This document shows positions 19,763 to 28,400 of a DNA stretch of 64,000 bases, piece after piece. The stretch lies in the IMG/VR virus record IMGVR_UViG_3300028591_000009, positions 42,603 to 106,602 of that record; one strand, given 5' to 3'. This stretch comes from a virus. Its lineage: Duplodnaviria > Caudoviricetes. Under the pieces are notes generated by a model that worked only from the letters and a program-made list of their open reading frames with translations, made no database searches and had not been told where the DNA came from. The stretch's first letter is position 1. Each line of letters starts with the position of its first letter. Made by a program: the position numbers and the translations under genes.

Positions 19763-19836
19763 TGATTCCTGAACGATTCGAACGTTCGACCGACAGATTA
19801 GAAATCTGTTGCTCTATCCAACTGAGCTAAGGAACC
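19763..19836 (-). tRNA. tRNA-Arg(UCU)
   Basis: Full cloverleaf; anticodon arm ACAGA-TTTCTAA-TCTGT. Confidence 0.93.
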
Positions 19837-19900
19837 TTTTGAGGCGTTTGTTTTTATAGTGGTGTCAAGCGAGCCTCTGTAAGCATGTCCACAACATTGG

Positions 19901-19946
19901 AATGAGTGCAGGCTTCGAACCTGCCATAGTTCCGTTATTACTCATT
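19901..19946 (-). ncRNA. Mini tRNA-like element (acceptor + T arm only)
   Basis: AATGAGT/ACTCATT stem stacked on GCAGG-TTCGAAG-CCTGC with a 15 nt linker. Confidence 0.6.
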
Positions 19947-20262
19947 CACCGTTCACAGGCACTTAGGTAGCCTGTACACCGACTTCACGCTGCCTCCTGG
20001 AGACCCGTGTAGTCTGCAATGTTATAATTGCCAGTTAATTTTTATATCGAAGCGCTTAACGTCTTACTTTCCGCTGCCGTCAAAACCATTCAAGCCCAGA
20101 TTAAAAGCTCCCGCCTCTATCCTCTGTACACCTTCTTCAGTGCCAGCGAGTACACAATTCAGGGAGCTTGGAGTGTTAATCAATAATACACGTGGACCTG
20201 GGCGGAATCGAACCGCCGTCCGAACAGCATATCCTAGGACACGCTAAGATTTCACTTGTGAA
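19947..20262 (-). ncRNA. ssrA: Circularly permuted (two-piece) tmRNA
   Basis: T arm + CAGGTCC-A (ends 20193) lies upstream of GGGCTTGAATGGTTTTGAC (starts 20097); G3-U70 pair; P2 pairings; tag frame 20032-19985 = GNYNIADYTGLQEAA*; outer ends approximate. Confidence 0.88.
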
Positions 20263-20736
20263 CCTCACAATGATCAGTTGTAAGATTCGATTTAAGGCTA
20301 TTTACAGCCTCTCTGACGCATTTTCTATACTCTTGTGGGTAGCTAATCCTCTGGAGTATATTAAACGCTTAGAATGGCTTTTTCATAAACCTTTATTTGT
20401 AGTACATTGCCCTGACTGACTCTCTGGTTCTTGCAGAATATACTCGCATTCTTGATATACAACGCGGTAGCTGCTTCCCTTAATGAAGGTTGACCGCTCA
20501 CAGTAGCACCGGTTCATGACTCATACGTCGTAATTGTTGATCTAATGGCAGCATATTATTACACCGTGCTGACGGTGTTGATTTTCGCACGTGACTCAAA
20601 GGTTCTTGTGTATGTGTCAATTCACATAAAGCAGACTACTTCATCCATACCAGGCGCAATGCCATTTTTACATTTTTCGACTGCTTATACACCACTGATT
20701 CTAGGATTCTGGGTGAGTGAAAATCATATAATGGGA

Positions 20737-21231
20737 TTAATCCCACCAGTAGGCGTAACGACCCTCATAGCTGGCGCGCAGCTCTTCGAGATCCTTACGT
20801 AACTGCTTGTTGCTCTCAGAGATCTTCTTCTCAATCTCCTCGTTCAACTTACGCTTCTCTTCCTTGTACTCGGTAGGAGTCAGGACTGGCTCTTTGCACT
20901 TGTTCTTTGTGGGAACCAGGCGACCGTTGACAATCTCTGTCTCAAAGCCGATTACACGCTCGAGCAGCTTCTTCGTTCCGTCCAACTTCTCCTTGGTGAT
21001 GTCGTCTTCACGGCGACGTGCACGGAGTTCCGCACGGGTCTTGACGTTCTGATAGGTGGCCAGACCAATTGCATCCTTGATCTCGCGCTTCTTCTTGTCT
21101 GCCTCCTCCTTCTTCATGTCGGCGACAGCAGCCTCTACCAGAGACTCCTCATCCACGTGGTTGTTTACTTTGAAATCCTGAGGCTCTGCTGCATTTTCAG
21201 CTGCCTTCTTGTTTTCTTTCTTTTCTGCCAT
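20737..21231 (-). CDS. Charged coiled-coil hypothetical protein
   Basis: 164 aa ORF with CATTTATCAAAAATG leader. Confidence 0.75.
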   Translation of the reverse strand: MAEKKENKKAAENAAEPQDFKVNNHVDEESLVEAAVADMKKEEADKKKREIKDAIGLATYQNVKTRAELRARRREDDITKEKLDGTKKLLERVIGFETEIVNGRLVPTKNKCKEPVLTPTEYKEEKRKLNEEIEKKISESNKQLRKDLEELRASYEGRYAYWWD

Positions 21232-21264
21232 TTTTGATAAATGTTTAATTGTTTAACTTAAAGT

Positions 21265-21396
21265 TTATTTATATTCCTCATAAGTTGAGGCTTTATGCTT
21301 TACTGTACGTGTGTACGGCACTGCATTCTTGTGTTTTGGACTCTCTGACTTAAAACGTATTGTTTTGCCATTAAATCCGTACTTACCATGACACAT
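21265..21396 (-). CDS. Small basic protein, 43 aa (MCHGKYGFNG...)
   Basis: Fills the gap; ATG one nt after the upstream stop. Confidence 0.5.
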   Translation of the reverse strand: MCHGKYGFNGKTIRFKSESPKHKNAVPYTRTVKHKASTYEEYK

Positions 21397-21397
21397 A

Positions 21398-21991
21398 TCA
21401 CATAATGTTTATGATACTTCTCACATCTTTTTCTACCTTACTCCAGTTACCACCAGAATTAGCGTTCAATATATCTATTGCGCTTTTAACTGCTTCGGTT
21501 TCTTTTGTAATGATACCGTCTCGGATTTGTTTTATTACTTCAATCAAATCCCACAGTCTACCTGCGTAGCTGTTCATAAAATATACTGCTTGTGATACAG
21601 CATAACTAGATGGTCCGTGTGTTATACGACCACCGCCGTCACAAATAATGCGAGTTATGTCATCTATATCAATGTCAATAGGCACTGATATTTTACCTTC
21701 TTCAAGCATAGCCAGGGCCTGAGCAAAGGTAATATTCAAGATACTTTCAAGACGATGAGCAGCTTGTGTGCGCTTAACGTCATCTATTGAAGAGATGGAT
21801 ATTATATTCATCTTTTTCTCTTGTTTACTATCTCTGTCCAATATAGCTCTACTAATACTATCAGAGTCGAAATGCTTAATCTCTGTTACACCATCACACC
21901 AGGATGTTGTTAACAGACCATTAGCAAGTGCTTCTACGTTACCTTTTGTAGGTTTTGTTCCTTCGTAGAATACAATAAGCGCGTTCACCAT
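21398..21991 (-). CDS. Hypothetical protein with possible ribosomal L7/L12 C-terminal-like domain
   Basis: KRTQAAHRLESILNITFAQALAMLEEG...IICDGGGRI resembles the L7/L12 CTD pattern; weak. Confidence 0.55.
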   Translation of the reverse strand: MVNALIVFYEGTKPTKGNVEALANGLLTTSWCDGVTEIKHFDSDSISRAILDRDSKQEKKMNIISISSIDDVKRTQAAHRLESILNITFAQALAMLEEGKISVPIDIDIDDITRIICDGGGRITHGPSSYAVSQAVYFMNSYAGRLWDLIEVIKQIRDGIITKETEAVKSAIDILNANSGGNWSKVEKDVRSIINIM

Positions 21992-21992
21992 A

Positions 21993-22526
21993 TCACTCTA
22001 TCTTTTCTTCTGTTGTTACACGGATCTTAACAGGCTTTCCGTTTACAGTATCTGTGCGGTAGCGATATGATGTAGAAATAATATTATCACGTTTATCGCC
22101 TAGATCTGTAGCAGAGGTATCGACAGGTTGTGCAGGATTATCGGAGCCCTTAACGTTTGGTAGATTATTATATACGTCTTGGTTGTCTAGATATTCGAGC
22201 ACTAGCTCACGTTTGCTTACACTCCCGTTCTTTGATATACATACACCAGCAACATTTTGTATAATCTGTTCTGGTAGCTGTACAAAAATGTCGTCAAGCT
22301 GTTTGTCATCAACGTAGAAATCTCTGAATGAGAGGAGTTCATCTGTGCTATTAAACACAGGATTGGTGTAATCTGCTATTTTAGCAGACGCAATACTGTC
22401 CATGAGCATTTCAATGCCTGAACCATCTACAGATTGTTTGGTTACATGGTCGTATATCTGTAGTCCTACGACCGAAACCACAGCGCCTAGAAGTGCTGCA
22501 GCGAATAATTTTAAGAATGTTTTCAT
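21993..22526 (-). CDS. Membrane-anchored or secreted hypothetical protein
   Basis: N-terminal signal/TM segment; CATTTATCAAAG leader. Confidence 0.7.
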   Translation of the reverse strand: MKTFLKLFAAALLGAVVSVVGLQIYDHVTKQSVDGSGIEMLMDSIASAKIADYTNPVFNSTDELLSFRDFYVDDKQLDDIFVQLPEQIIQNVAGVCISKNGSVSKRELVLEYLDNQDVYNNLPNVKGSDNPAQPVDTSATDLGDKRDNIISTSYRYRTDTVNGKPVKIRVTTEEKIE

Positions 22527-22637
22527 CTTTGATAAATGAATTTAGAAAATAATATTATTTGCTATGCCCAGTTTTTAAGGAACTTGGAAAAAACCTTGAC
22601 ACTTTTTGTTAGTTTCTTAATTTTAAATACATACAAA

Positions 22638-22665
22638 AGGAGGATTCTCCCCTAAGAACCCTCCT
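22638..22665 (-). terminator. Putative intrinsic terminator
   Basis: AGGAGGATTCT/AGAACCCTCCT hairpin followed by T run on the minus strand. Confidence 0.45.
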
Positions 22666-22708
22666 GTATAATGAATCTCTTATGAAAATAGTTAAAGCCG
22701 CAGGTCGC

Positions 22709-22963
22709 CTAAGATTTAAAGTCTTGTTTGACATGTGCCCGTGCGATATGCACGGACGGTTTAACTGTTTTGACGTAAGGATATTCATGCGTCTCTACCT
22801 TATTTTCAGGGGGTGGCAGATACGCAATTCTGCTATCAGCATCTTTTTGTTCAGCAAACGGATATTGAATATTTTCTATTATATAATAATCTCCAACTTC
22901 CATTATTGTTTCTGGACATTGAGCTGCTAATATAGCAACAAGATGTAAAGCATTTATAAACAT
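22709..22963 (-). CDS. Small hypothetical protein
   Basis: 84 aa ORF with A-rich leader. Confidence 0.55.
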   Translation of the reverse strand: MFINALHLVAILAAQCPETIMEVGDYYIIENIQYPFAEQKDADSRIAYLPPPENKVETHEYPYVKTVKPSVHIARAHVKQDFKS

Positions 22964-23085
22964 ATTGTATGTATTTTATAGTGAAGATTGTAGTATACGG
23001 GGAAAAGATATATGCTCTTTAACTCGGGTAAAGTAAAAATGGTACACCCTACAACACCACCGTGTTGATTATACTACAATCTTAG

Positions 23086-23157
23086 TAGTCTATAGCAGAG
23101 TCGAACTGCTCTTTACAGAATGAAAATCTGTCGTCCTAACCGATAGACGAATAGACC
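23086..23157 (-). tRNA. tRNA-Glu(UUC)
   Basis: Cloverleaf; anticodon arm ACAGA-TTTTCAT-TCTGT. Confidence 0.92.
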
Positions 23158-23235
23158 AGGTGCCCCTCCGCTGAGGGGCTAAATTAAAATCATCATGACT
23201 AAAAGTAATTAAAACGGATTTTGCCTTCACAGGTG

Positions 23236-23309
23236 TGGACCAGCCTGGGCTTGAACCAGGGACCCTCAGATTATGAGTCTGATGCTCTAACCAACTGAGC
23301 TACAAGTCC
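23236..23309 (-). tRNA. tRNA with CAU anticodon (elongator Met or lysidine-Ile2)
   Basis: Cloverleaf; TCAGA-CTCATAA-TCTGA; paired 1:72 and no GGG/CCC anticodon stem, so not initiator. Confidence 0.9.
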
Positions 23310-23861
23310 GTTGTGCTGTTTTCATGGCCACCAGAGGGGAGAGCAAATACCTATAAAGCCAATCTTCGCGCACAGCACTAAGCGTATTATTTAAAACGTC
23401 CTACACGTACTACTCTCTGAAAGCGTGATTTCGTACCCCTCCAAACCACCTCGGACGTATATTGTTCCCACAGTTGCACTTACGGCATACGTTTAAAGCA
23501 TCCTTACTACGGGAGAGGTGCGACCTCTTGCGTTAGTTACTACGTGTGTCGATCTTTCCGACATATTTACCACGAGATTTCTATTACGACTGTGGGGTTG
23601 CTAAAATTATACAAGTTCCCTAGGAATTTCCATGGAGTCTGATTCACTCGTATAATTTTTACAACATGCATGCACCCTCTCCCCATTGACACATCTGTTG
23701 TGCACTACATCCTTCTCTCTTCAGACTTAAACTGTCATTATTGGTGGAATGTGCTGTCAGGCCTTGAGGTTTCCTGATATCTGGTGGGTTCTATGCATGT
23801 TAAATTGAATCTACTATTCTCACGAACCGTAGATTCTAATTGCAAATTAATTATGAACAAA

Positions 23862-24059
23862 TCAAGTGTTGATTCGTTTTAATATTACTTGATACATTGC
23901 GCAGTCGTATCTTTTTTCTTTTATAGCACTATCGATTACACTTGGGCATAGACTATAATCGTTCAAATCACATCCTCGACAACCACATTCTCTTTTACGA
24001 GCTTTGTATACAGTATTATTTACTGTAATCAGTTGTCCAGGTTTGATAAACTTAGTCAT
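23862..24059 (-). CDS. Small Cys-rich protein (KPGQL...CxxC family)
   Basis: Paralog-like similarity to 26092..26316. Confidence 0.65.
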   Translation of the reverse strand: MTKFIKPGQLITVNNTVYKARKRECGCRGCDLNDYSLCPSVIDSAIKEKRYDCAMYQVILKRINT

Positions 24060-24478
24060 TAGAAATCGCTAGATTCTATTATTTCTCCAAGTTGTAATCG
24101 TACTTGTGGTTTTTTGTTCCAATAGACAGTGCTAACACCATCTATTCTAACAATAACTGTTCTTGTGCTATACTTTACCGAACGTATTTGCACTACTTCT
24201 GCGCTTTGCATTTTTAATGTATTCCACTTCTGTGAAATATCGTGTATTATTGCTTTCTGTACTTTCTCCTTGATTCGTGTAACGATATCATCAGATAGTA
24301 CAAAATTCAATACTTTAGGCTCGTACACATTTGCTCTTGCAAGCACCGATGTACTTTTTCCGTTGATCATATGAGCAACTACTATTTTAGAGTTGTATTT
24401 AAACTCTTCTATCCTTAAATAAGGACCTACTGGTGTTCCATCGCTGATTTTACGACGAATAATTTGACCTTTTTTCAT
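24059..24478 (-). CDS. Hypothetical protein
   Basis: 139 aa ORF, translationally coupled. Confidence 0.65.
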   Translation of the reverse strand: MKKGQIIRRKISDGTPVGPYLRIEEFKYNSKIVVAHMINGKSTSVLARANVYEPKVLNFVLSDDIVTRIKEKVQKAIIHDISQKWNTLKMQSAEVVQIRSVKYSTRTVIVRIDGVSTVYWNKKPQVRLQLGEIIESSDF

Positions 24479-24573
24479 CCTCTACATCTATACGTTAAGT
24501 ATAAAAATGCAGCGATCATTAATAAGCCAATCCAAAAGCCAGGATCAACTTTGTTGTTTTTGTTTAGTACCAT
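24475..24573 (-). CDS. 32 aa single-TM peptide (MVLNKNNKVDPGFWIGLLMIAAFLYLTYRCRG)
   Basis: Stop overlaps the next ATG (ATGA); hydrophobic core. Confidence 0.5.
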   Translation of the reverse strand: MVLNKNNKVDPGFWIGLLMIAAFLYLTYRCRG

Positions 24574-24925
24574 TGATTGCTACAATTTTTGGTTTTTTAC
24601 TTTTCTGAGACTTGTGGCTCAGAATCCACTTTATCGCAATATTAATAGCTTTGCGTTTAGCTTCCCACACGTTTGGCATCCAATTTGTTTTACCGATATA
24701 TTGACGTGCATTCCATCCCCATTTTGGATTACATATCTTTACTGAGAATCCATATACTACTTTACCTTCGTCTTTTCCCGATGGAGATACAAATGGTTCT
24801 GCTGTATTATAAATCTCAATACGATATTTAACTCTAAGAGCATGAATTACATCATCAATAACCTTGTCGAATATATTAATTCTCCACAAATCGAATATTT
24901 TATAGTCTTTTACCCTATGTTCCAT
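24545..24925 (-). CDS. Hypothetical protein
   Basis: 126 aa ORF. Confidence 0.65.
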   Translation of the reverse strand: MEHRVKDYKIFDLWRINIFDKVIDDVIHALRVKYRIEIYNTAEPFVSPSGKDEGKVVYGFSVKICNPKWGWNARQYIGKTNWMPNVWEAKRKAINIAIKWILSHKSQKSKKPKIVAINGTKQKQQS

Positions 24926-24928
24926 AGA

Positions 24929-25171
24929 TTATTGCGTAATGATAAAATTGCCTTGTATGCTGATTCCAAGATTCTTAGCATTTTCCCTGATAGAGTGTAC
25001 CAATACTTTAGCAGCATTGGGAGTTACGTCTTTACATAACAGCATAGAGCTGTCCCCATCCTTATAGAATACTCTTCTAATAGGATTTATGGGAACAGAC
25101 TCTCTGTTTTTCTTCTTAGGCGGATGCAGTTGGTTCTGGGTTCTTACGTTCATACGCAGTAATATCCACAA
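24929..25171 (-). CDS. Small hypothetical protein (start uncertain)
   Basis: Fills the gap between co-oriented ORFs. Confidence 0.45.
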   Translation of the reverse strand: MWILLRMNVRTQNQLHPPKKKNRESVPINPIRRVFYKDGDSSMLLCKDVTPNAAKVLVHSIRENAKNLGISIQGNFIITQ

Positions 25172-25568
25172 TTATATTTACGTGCTCTCCCAGGACAGCT
25201 TTTACTTCTTTTTCGAATTTAGCTATCATGGCATCTATAATCGCATGCTTTTCAGCATACAGTAGTGCTTCATTAATATCATCAGGAAGCTCGTCAATAA
25301 GGTCACAAATGATTACAGATGCTTCTAACAAATCTTCTTTCGCTTTACGCATCTCCAATTCTGACACACTGTCTTTCAACAGTCGACCTACTTTTATCTG
25401 GAAATCAGATGTAGGGTCAAGAATCATTACATCTACGTGTAAATCACGTGCTGCCTCAACGACGCGTTTCTTATTCACGTCTATTTTGAGAGCTTTAATC
25501 TGTTTGGAATCCAGTATTGTACCAATTTCAAGCTGAATACCTGCTTCTGTTGCTTTTGTAAATAACAT
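25116..25568 (-). CDS. Hypothetical protein
   Basis: ATG at 25568 after the CATTTATCAAAG leader. Confidence 0.7.
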   Translation of the reverse strand: MLFTKATEAGIQLEIGTILDSKQIKALKIDVNKKRVVEAARDLHVDVMILDPTSDFQIKVGRLLKDSVSELEMRKAKEDLLEASVIICDLIDELPDDINEALLYAEKHAIIDAMIAKFEKEVKAVLGEHVNIIVDITAYERKNPEPTASA

Positions 25569-25616
25569 CTTTGATAAATGTTTAAAGTTAACTATTAGAT
25601 TCACTTAACCCAGAAT

Positions 25617-25925
25617 CTACTTGGGCTTATTTGCTTCGTTTAACATTTCTGTTATCTTAGGCAAATATTGACGGTATTTTTTACCAGTCTTTTTACTTGT
25701 TCGCCAAATAAACGCTTTACCGTTTTTTGAGAGATAAACTGGATACACTGTGCCATCTGATGCCTGGTACTCATATCCTGTTGGAGTTCCTTGATTCTCT
25801 GAAGAATCCTTCTGTACAATGAAAGTTTTACCTTTCAATGTTACATTTTTCTGTGCAAATGCGTTTGATACGCAACATCCTAGCATTAGCACAATGGTTG
25901 CTAGGAATAGAAAGATTTTATTCAT
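25617..25925 (-). CDS. Small exported protein with signal peptide (TAG stop)
   Basis: MNKIFLFLATIVLMLGCCVSNAFA-Q, a Bacteroidota-style signal peptide. Confidence 0.7.
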   Translation of the reverse strand: MNKIFLFLATIVLMLGCCVSNAFAQKNVTLKGKTFIVQKDSSENQGTPTGYEYQASDGTVYPVYLSKNGKAFIWRTSKKTGKKYRQYLPKITEMLNEANKPK

Positions 25926-26092
25926 TTTTCTGGAATTGATAATTCACGCCAAATAATAGCACAGCAATTCGCAAAGAATGGTAATGACCAAGGATGAAAT
26001 TGTACATTTTTATTGCACAACATGAGAATACCACAAAGAGCATTCATAGCCAGCCATATAATTACGGCATTTTCCTTAATAACCTTTTTCAT
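25922..26092 (-). CDS. 56 aa membrane peptide (MKKVIKENAVIIWLAMNALCG...)
   Basis: Coupled at both ends; hydrophobic. Confidence 0.5.
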   Translation of the reverse strand: MKKVIKENAVIIWLAMNALCGILMLCNKNVQFHPWSLPFFANCCAIIWRELSIPEK

Positions 26093-26316
26093 TATTTTAC
26101 GAGTTTAAAGTAACAATCTTGTAACATTGGCCTATCTTTTGAATAGTATTCCTTAAAACAGAATCTTTCGCATATTGTATGGTAGACTGAAAGATTCCAA
26201 AATGCACATTTATTGCACGGAGGCCAACCTTTAATATTGCCTTTTACAACACGATAAATATGATTACCTATTGTAACTAATTGTCCAGGTTTAAGCGGCT
26301 TTTTGTTTTTGTCCAT
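26092..26316 (-). CDS. Small Cys-rich protein (KPGQL...CxxC family)
   Basis: ATG at 26316; similar to 23862..24059. Confidence 0.65.
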   Translation of the reverse strand: MDKNKKPLKPGQLVTIGNHIYRVVKGNIKGWPPCNKCAFWNLSVYHTICERFCFKEYYSKDRPMLQDCYFKLVK

Positions 26317-26692
26317 TCTTCTTGGCGTTTCTGAAATCCTTATGGCATTTGTCTGAGCACCATACAGCCTCTTTGTGATTAGACGTGAAAGTCTTACCAC
26401 AATGGCGGCATTTACACTGGAACTTTGGCACAAAATATGCTCTTCCATCCAATTTCATCTGAGAGAAAGCAAGACGTTCGAAATGACGATAACTCTTAGT
26501 CTTGATAATGCTAACACCAGCTTCTTTGATTACTATTTTAGCATCTTCGAAGCTTTTGTTCAGTACAACAATGAACGAGTGTGCAGGTTTATTCTTCTGA
26601 GCAGGATAAGTTGCTACAACATGTTCAATCTGGAAGTCTTTGAGTGCATTAGATGCTCTCGATACTTCGTTAACAATAATTTTCTTTGCCAT
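26291..26692 (-). CDS. Zn-finger protein ending ...QKAA
   Basis: CRHCGKTF...WCSDKC motif. Confidence 0.75.
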   Translation of the reverse strand: MAKKIIVNEVSRASNALKDFQIEHVVATYPAQKNKPAHSFIVVLNKSFEDAKIVIKEAGVSIIKTKSYRHFERLAFSQMKLDGRAYFVPKFQCKCRHCGKTFTSNHKEAVWCSDKCHKDFRNAKKNGQKQKAA

Positions 26693-26880
26693 CTTTGATA
26701 AATGTATTTAGTTAATAATGTGAATATTTTTTAAACAAAAACCTGTAATCTGACTCACGACAATACAAGCAGGGAGGCTAACACGCTTCGGCTCGTGTAT
26801 TTACTCACTTGTATTCGATTTACCAGATAGTACTTTACGATCTAAGGGTTTTGATAACCTCTTTGTAGTACAGGTTGGAG

Positions 26881-27105
26881 CTATCTTACAATAACTAGTC
26901 CAGTGGGTTTAAGCATAGCTGCTTGTACTTCTGTTATTGGAAACAAGCGACCCCAGCATCTAGTATAATACTTGGGTTTTATTCTTTGTAATACAACTCC
27001 TTCTACTCTTTCGTGATGCTCACTGATATATTTTTCGTGAGCTCTAGCCACATAACCGCCGCGCGAAGAGCCACACGCAGCTAGGCTAAATCGTTGTCTT
27101 GCCAT
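26881..27105 (-). CDS. Small hypothetical protein (TAG stop)
   Basis: ATG at 27105 preferred as start. Confidence 0.5.
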   Translation of the reverse strand: MARQRFSLAACGSSRGGYVARAHEKYISEHHERVEGVVLQRIKPKYYTRCWGRLFPITEVQAAMLKPTGLVIVR

Positions 27106-27284
27106 AATATATTGTGTTAAAATGAATGTGCAAGTAAAAAGGGCGGCTAATAGAATGTGGCTAATCATTTTATTTCATATATGGCAAATCGTGCCGCCCT
27201 TACGCATTTTATAAGGTTGCGCTTCCTTCTGCTGAACGCAGTTGTGGTTGATAACCCAATTTCGACTAAAATGTGTTAATATAA

Positions 27285-27324
27285 AAAGGATGGGTCAGCC
27301 TTTCGGCTGAACTCTCCCACCCTT
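27285..27324 (-). terminator. Putative intrinsic terminator
   Basis: TCAGCC-GAAA-GGCTGA hairpin with an extended stem, then TTTT on the minus strand. Confidence 0.5.
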
Positions 27325-28336
27325 TGTTAACACAGTGTTGCGCTTAACTACTAATGGTGGCGGATAAACCGTACAGAACACCATATTCGTTCACTGAGGC
27401 TACTTGCATTTAAACTCTCAAAATGCTTTCACTAATTCCAAACATGCACACGCATCTCTGCTTATGTGCACATCCCATATCACTGACGCAACTCAATGAC
27501 TGCAGGCCCACCGTGACTTGTGGGAGGAAATACGCTTGATTTCGTATGTTGCATCAAAATGCCAAGTGTAACAACATTTATATACGACCACACTTGAGAG
27601 GAGTGTGATTACCTAATACTGCTGACTACTGTCGCATCCTTTTTAGGCATACCGTCCAAACACAGCCCCATATTCAGGGTAAGGGATTCCGATTTCCCCT
27701 CGGAATAACAAGGTTCAAGCTATCACAGGACATATCTGTGTTCACTCTAGAGTTAGGTTTATCGCATAGTCTCGCTTTTGGGGTCACTCATATTCCCTCA
27801 CATTGTAGTCAATGAACCAGACGGCAGGCATCAAGCAGTACACACTGATAATGTCCAGTGTTGACCTGACTGTTTTTAGCCTGAACTGCAGCCTTAGCTG
27901 CGAATCCGTCAATTTGCTCAGTAAACTCTTTTCCCCCGCAAGCGGTCAAACTCACAGGGTACTTTTACTTTTTGTAGTACATTGTGAATTGATTTTGAAA
28001 CAAGAATAACGATATTTCACATTATCCATGTTTAATTTGCACGCATTTTATGGTCTCGTGCTGACAATGAAAAGAAATTTACATATTACCCACTCATGCC
28101 TTACTTATGAGTTGTCGTGTACATCAGGGCGCTACTGCGGCTTGGTACGTGACGTGGGATTTAATATATTAACACATTATCACCAATATTGGGAGGGAAT
28201 GTGAGTAAGTTCAATAGTATACGGATTAGATTCAAACGAAAAGTTGTATGGATATGTGCTATGTTTTCCCTATAAGGTTAGTGAGGAATGTGAGCGCATA
28301 CTCACGTCGTTAGACTATGAATGGCGTGCAAGGTAA

Positions 28337-28379
28337 TAAAAGCGCTCCCAAAGCCCGCATAAGCGGGCAAAGGGAGTGC
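28337..28379 (-). terminator. Intrinsic terminator after 28401..29132
   Basis: GCACTCCC-TTT-GCCCGC-TTAT-GCGGGC-TTT-GGGAGCGC followed by TTTTATT. Confidence 0.7.
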
Positions 28380-28400
28380 GTTGTTGTAAGACTGCTAATC

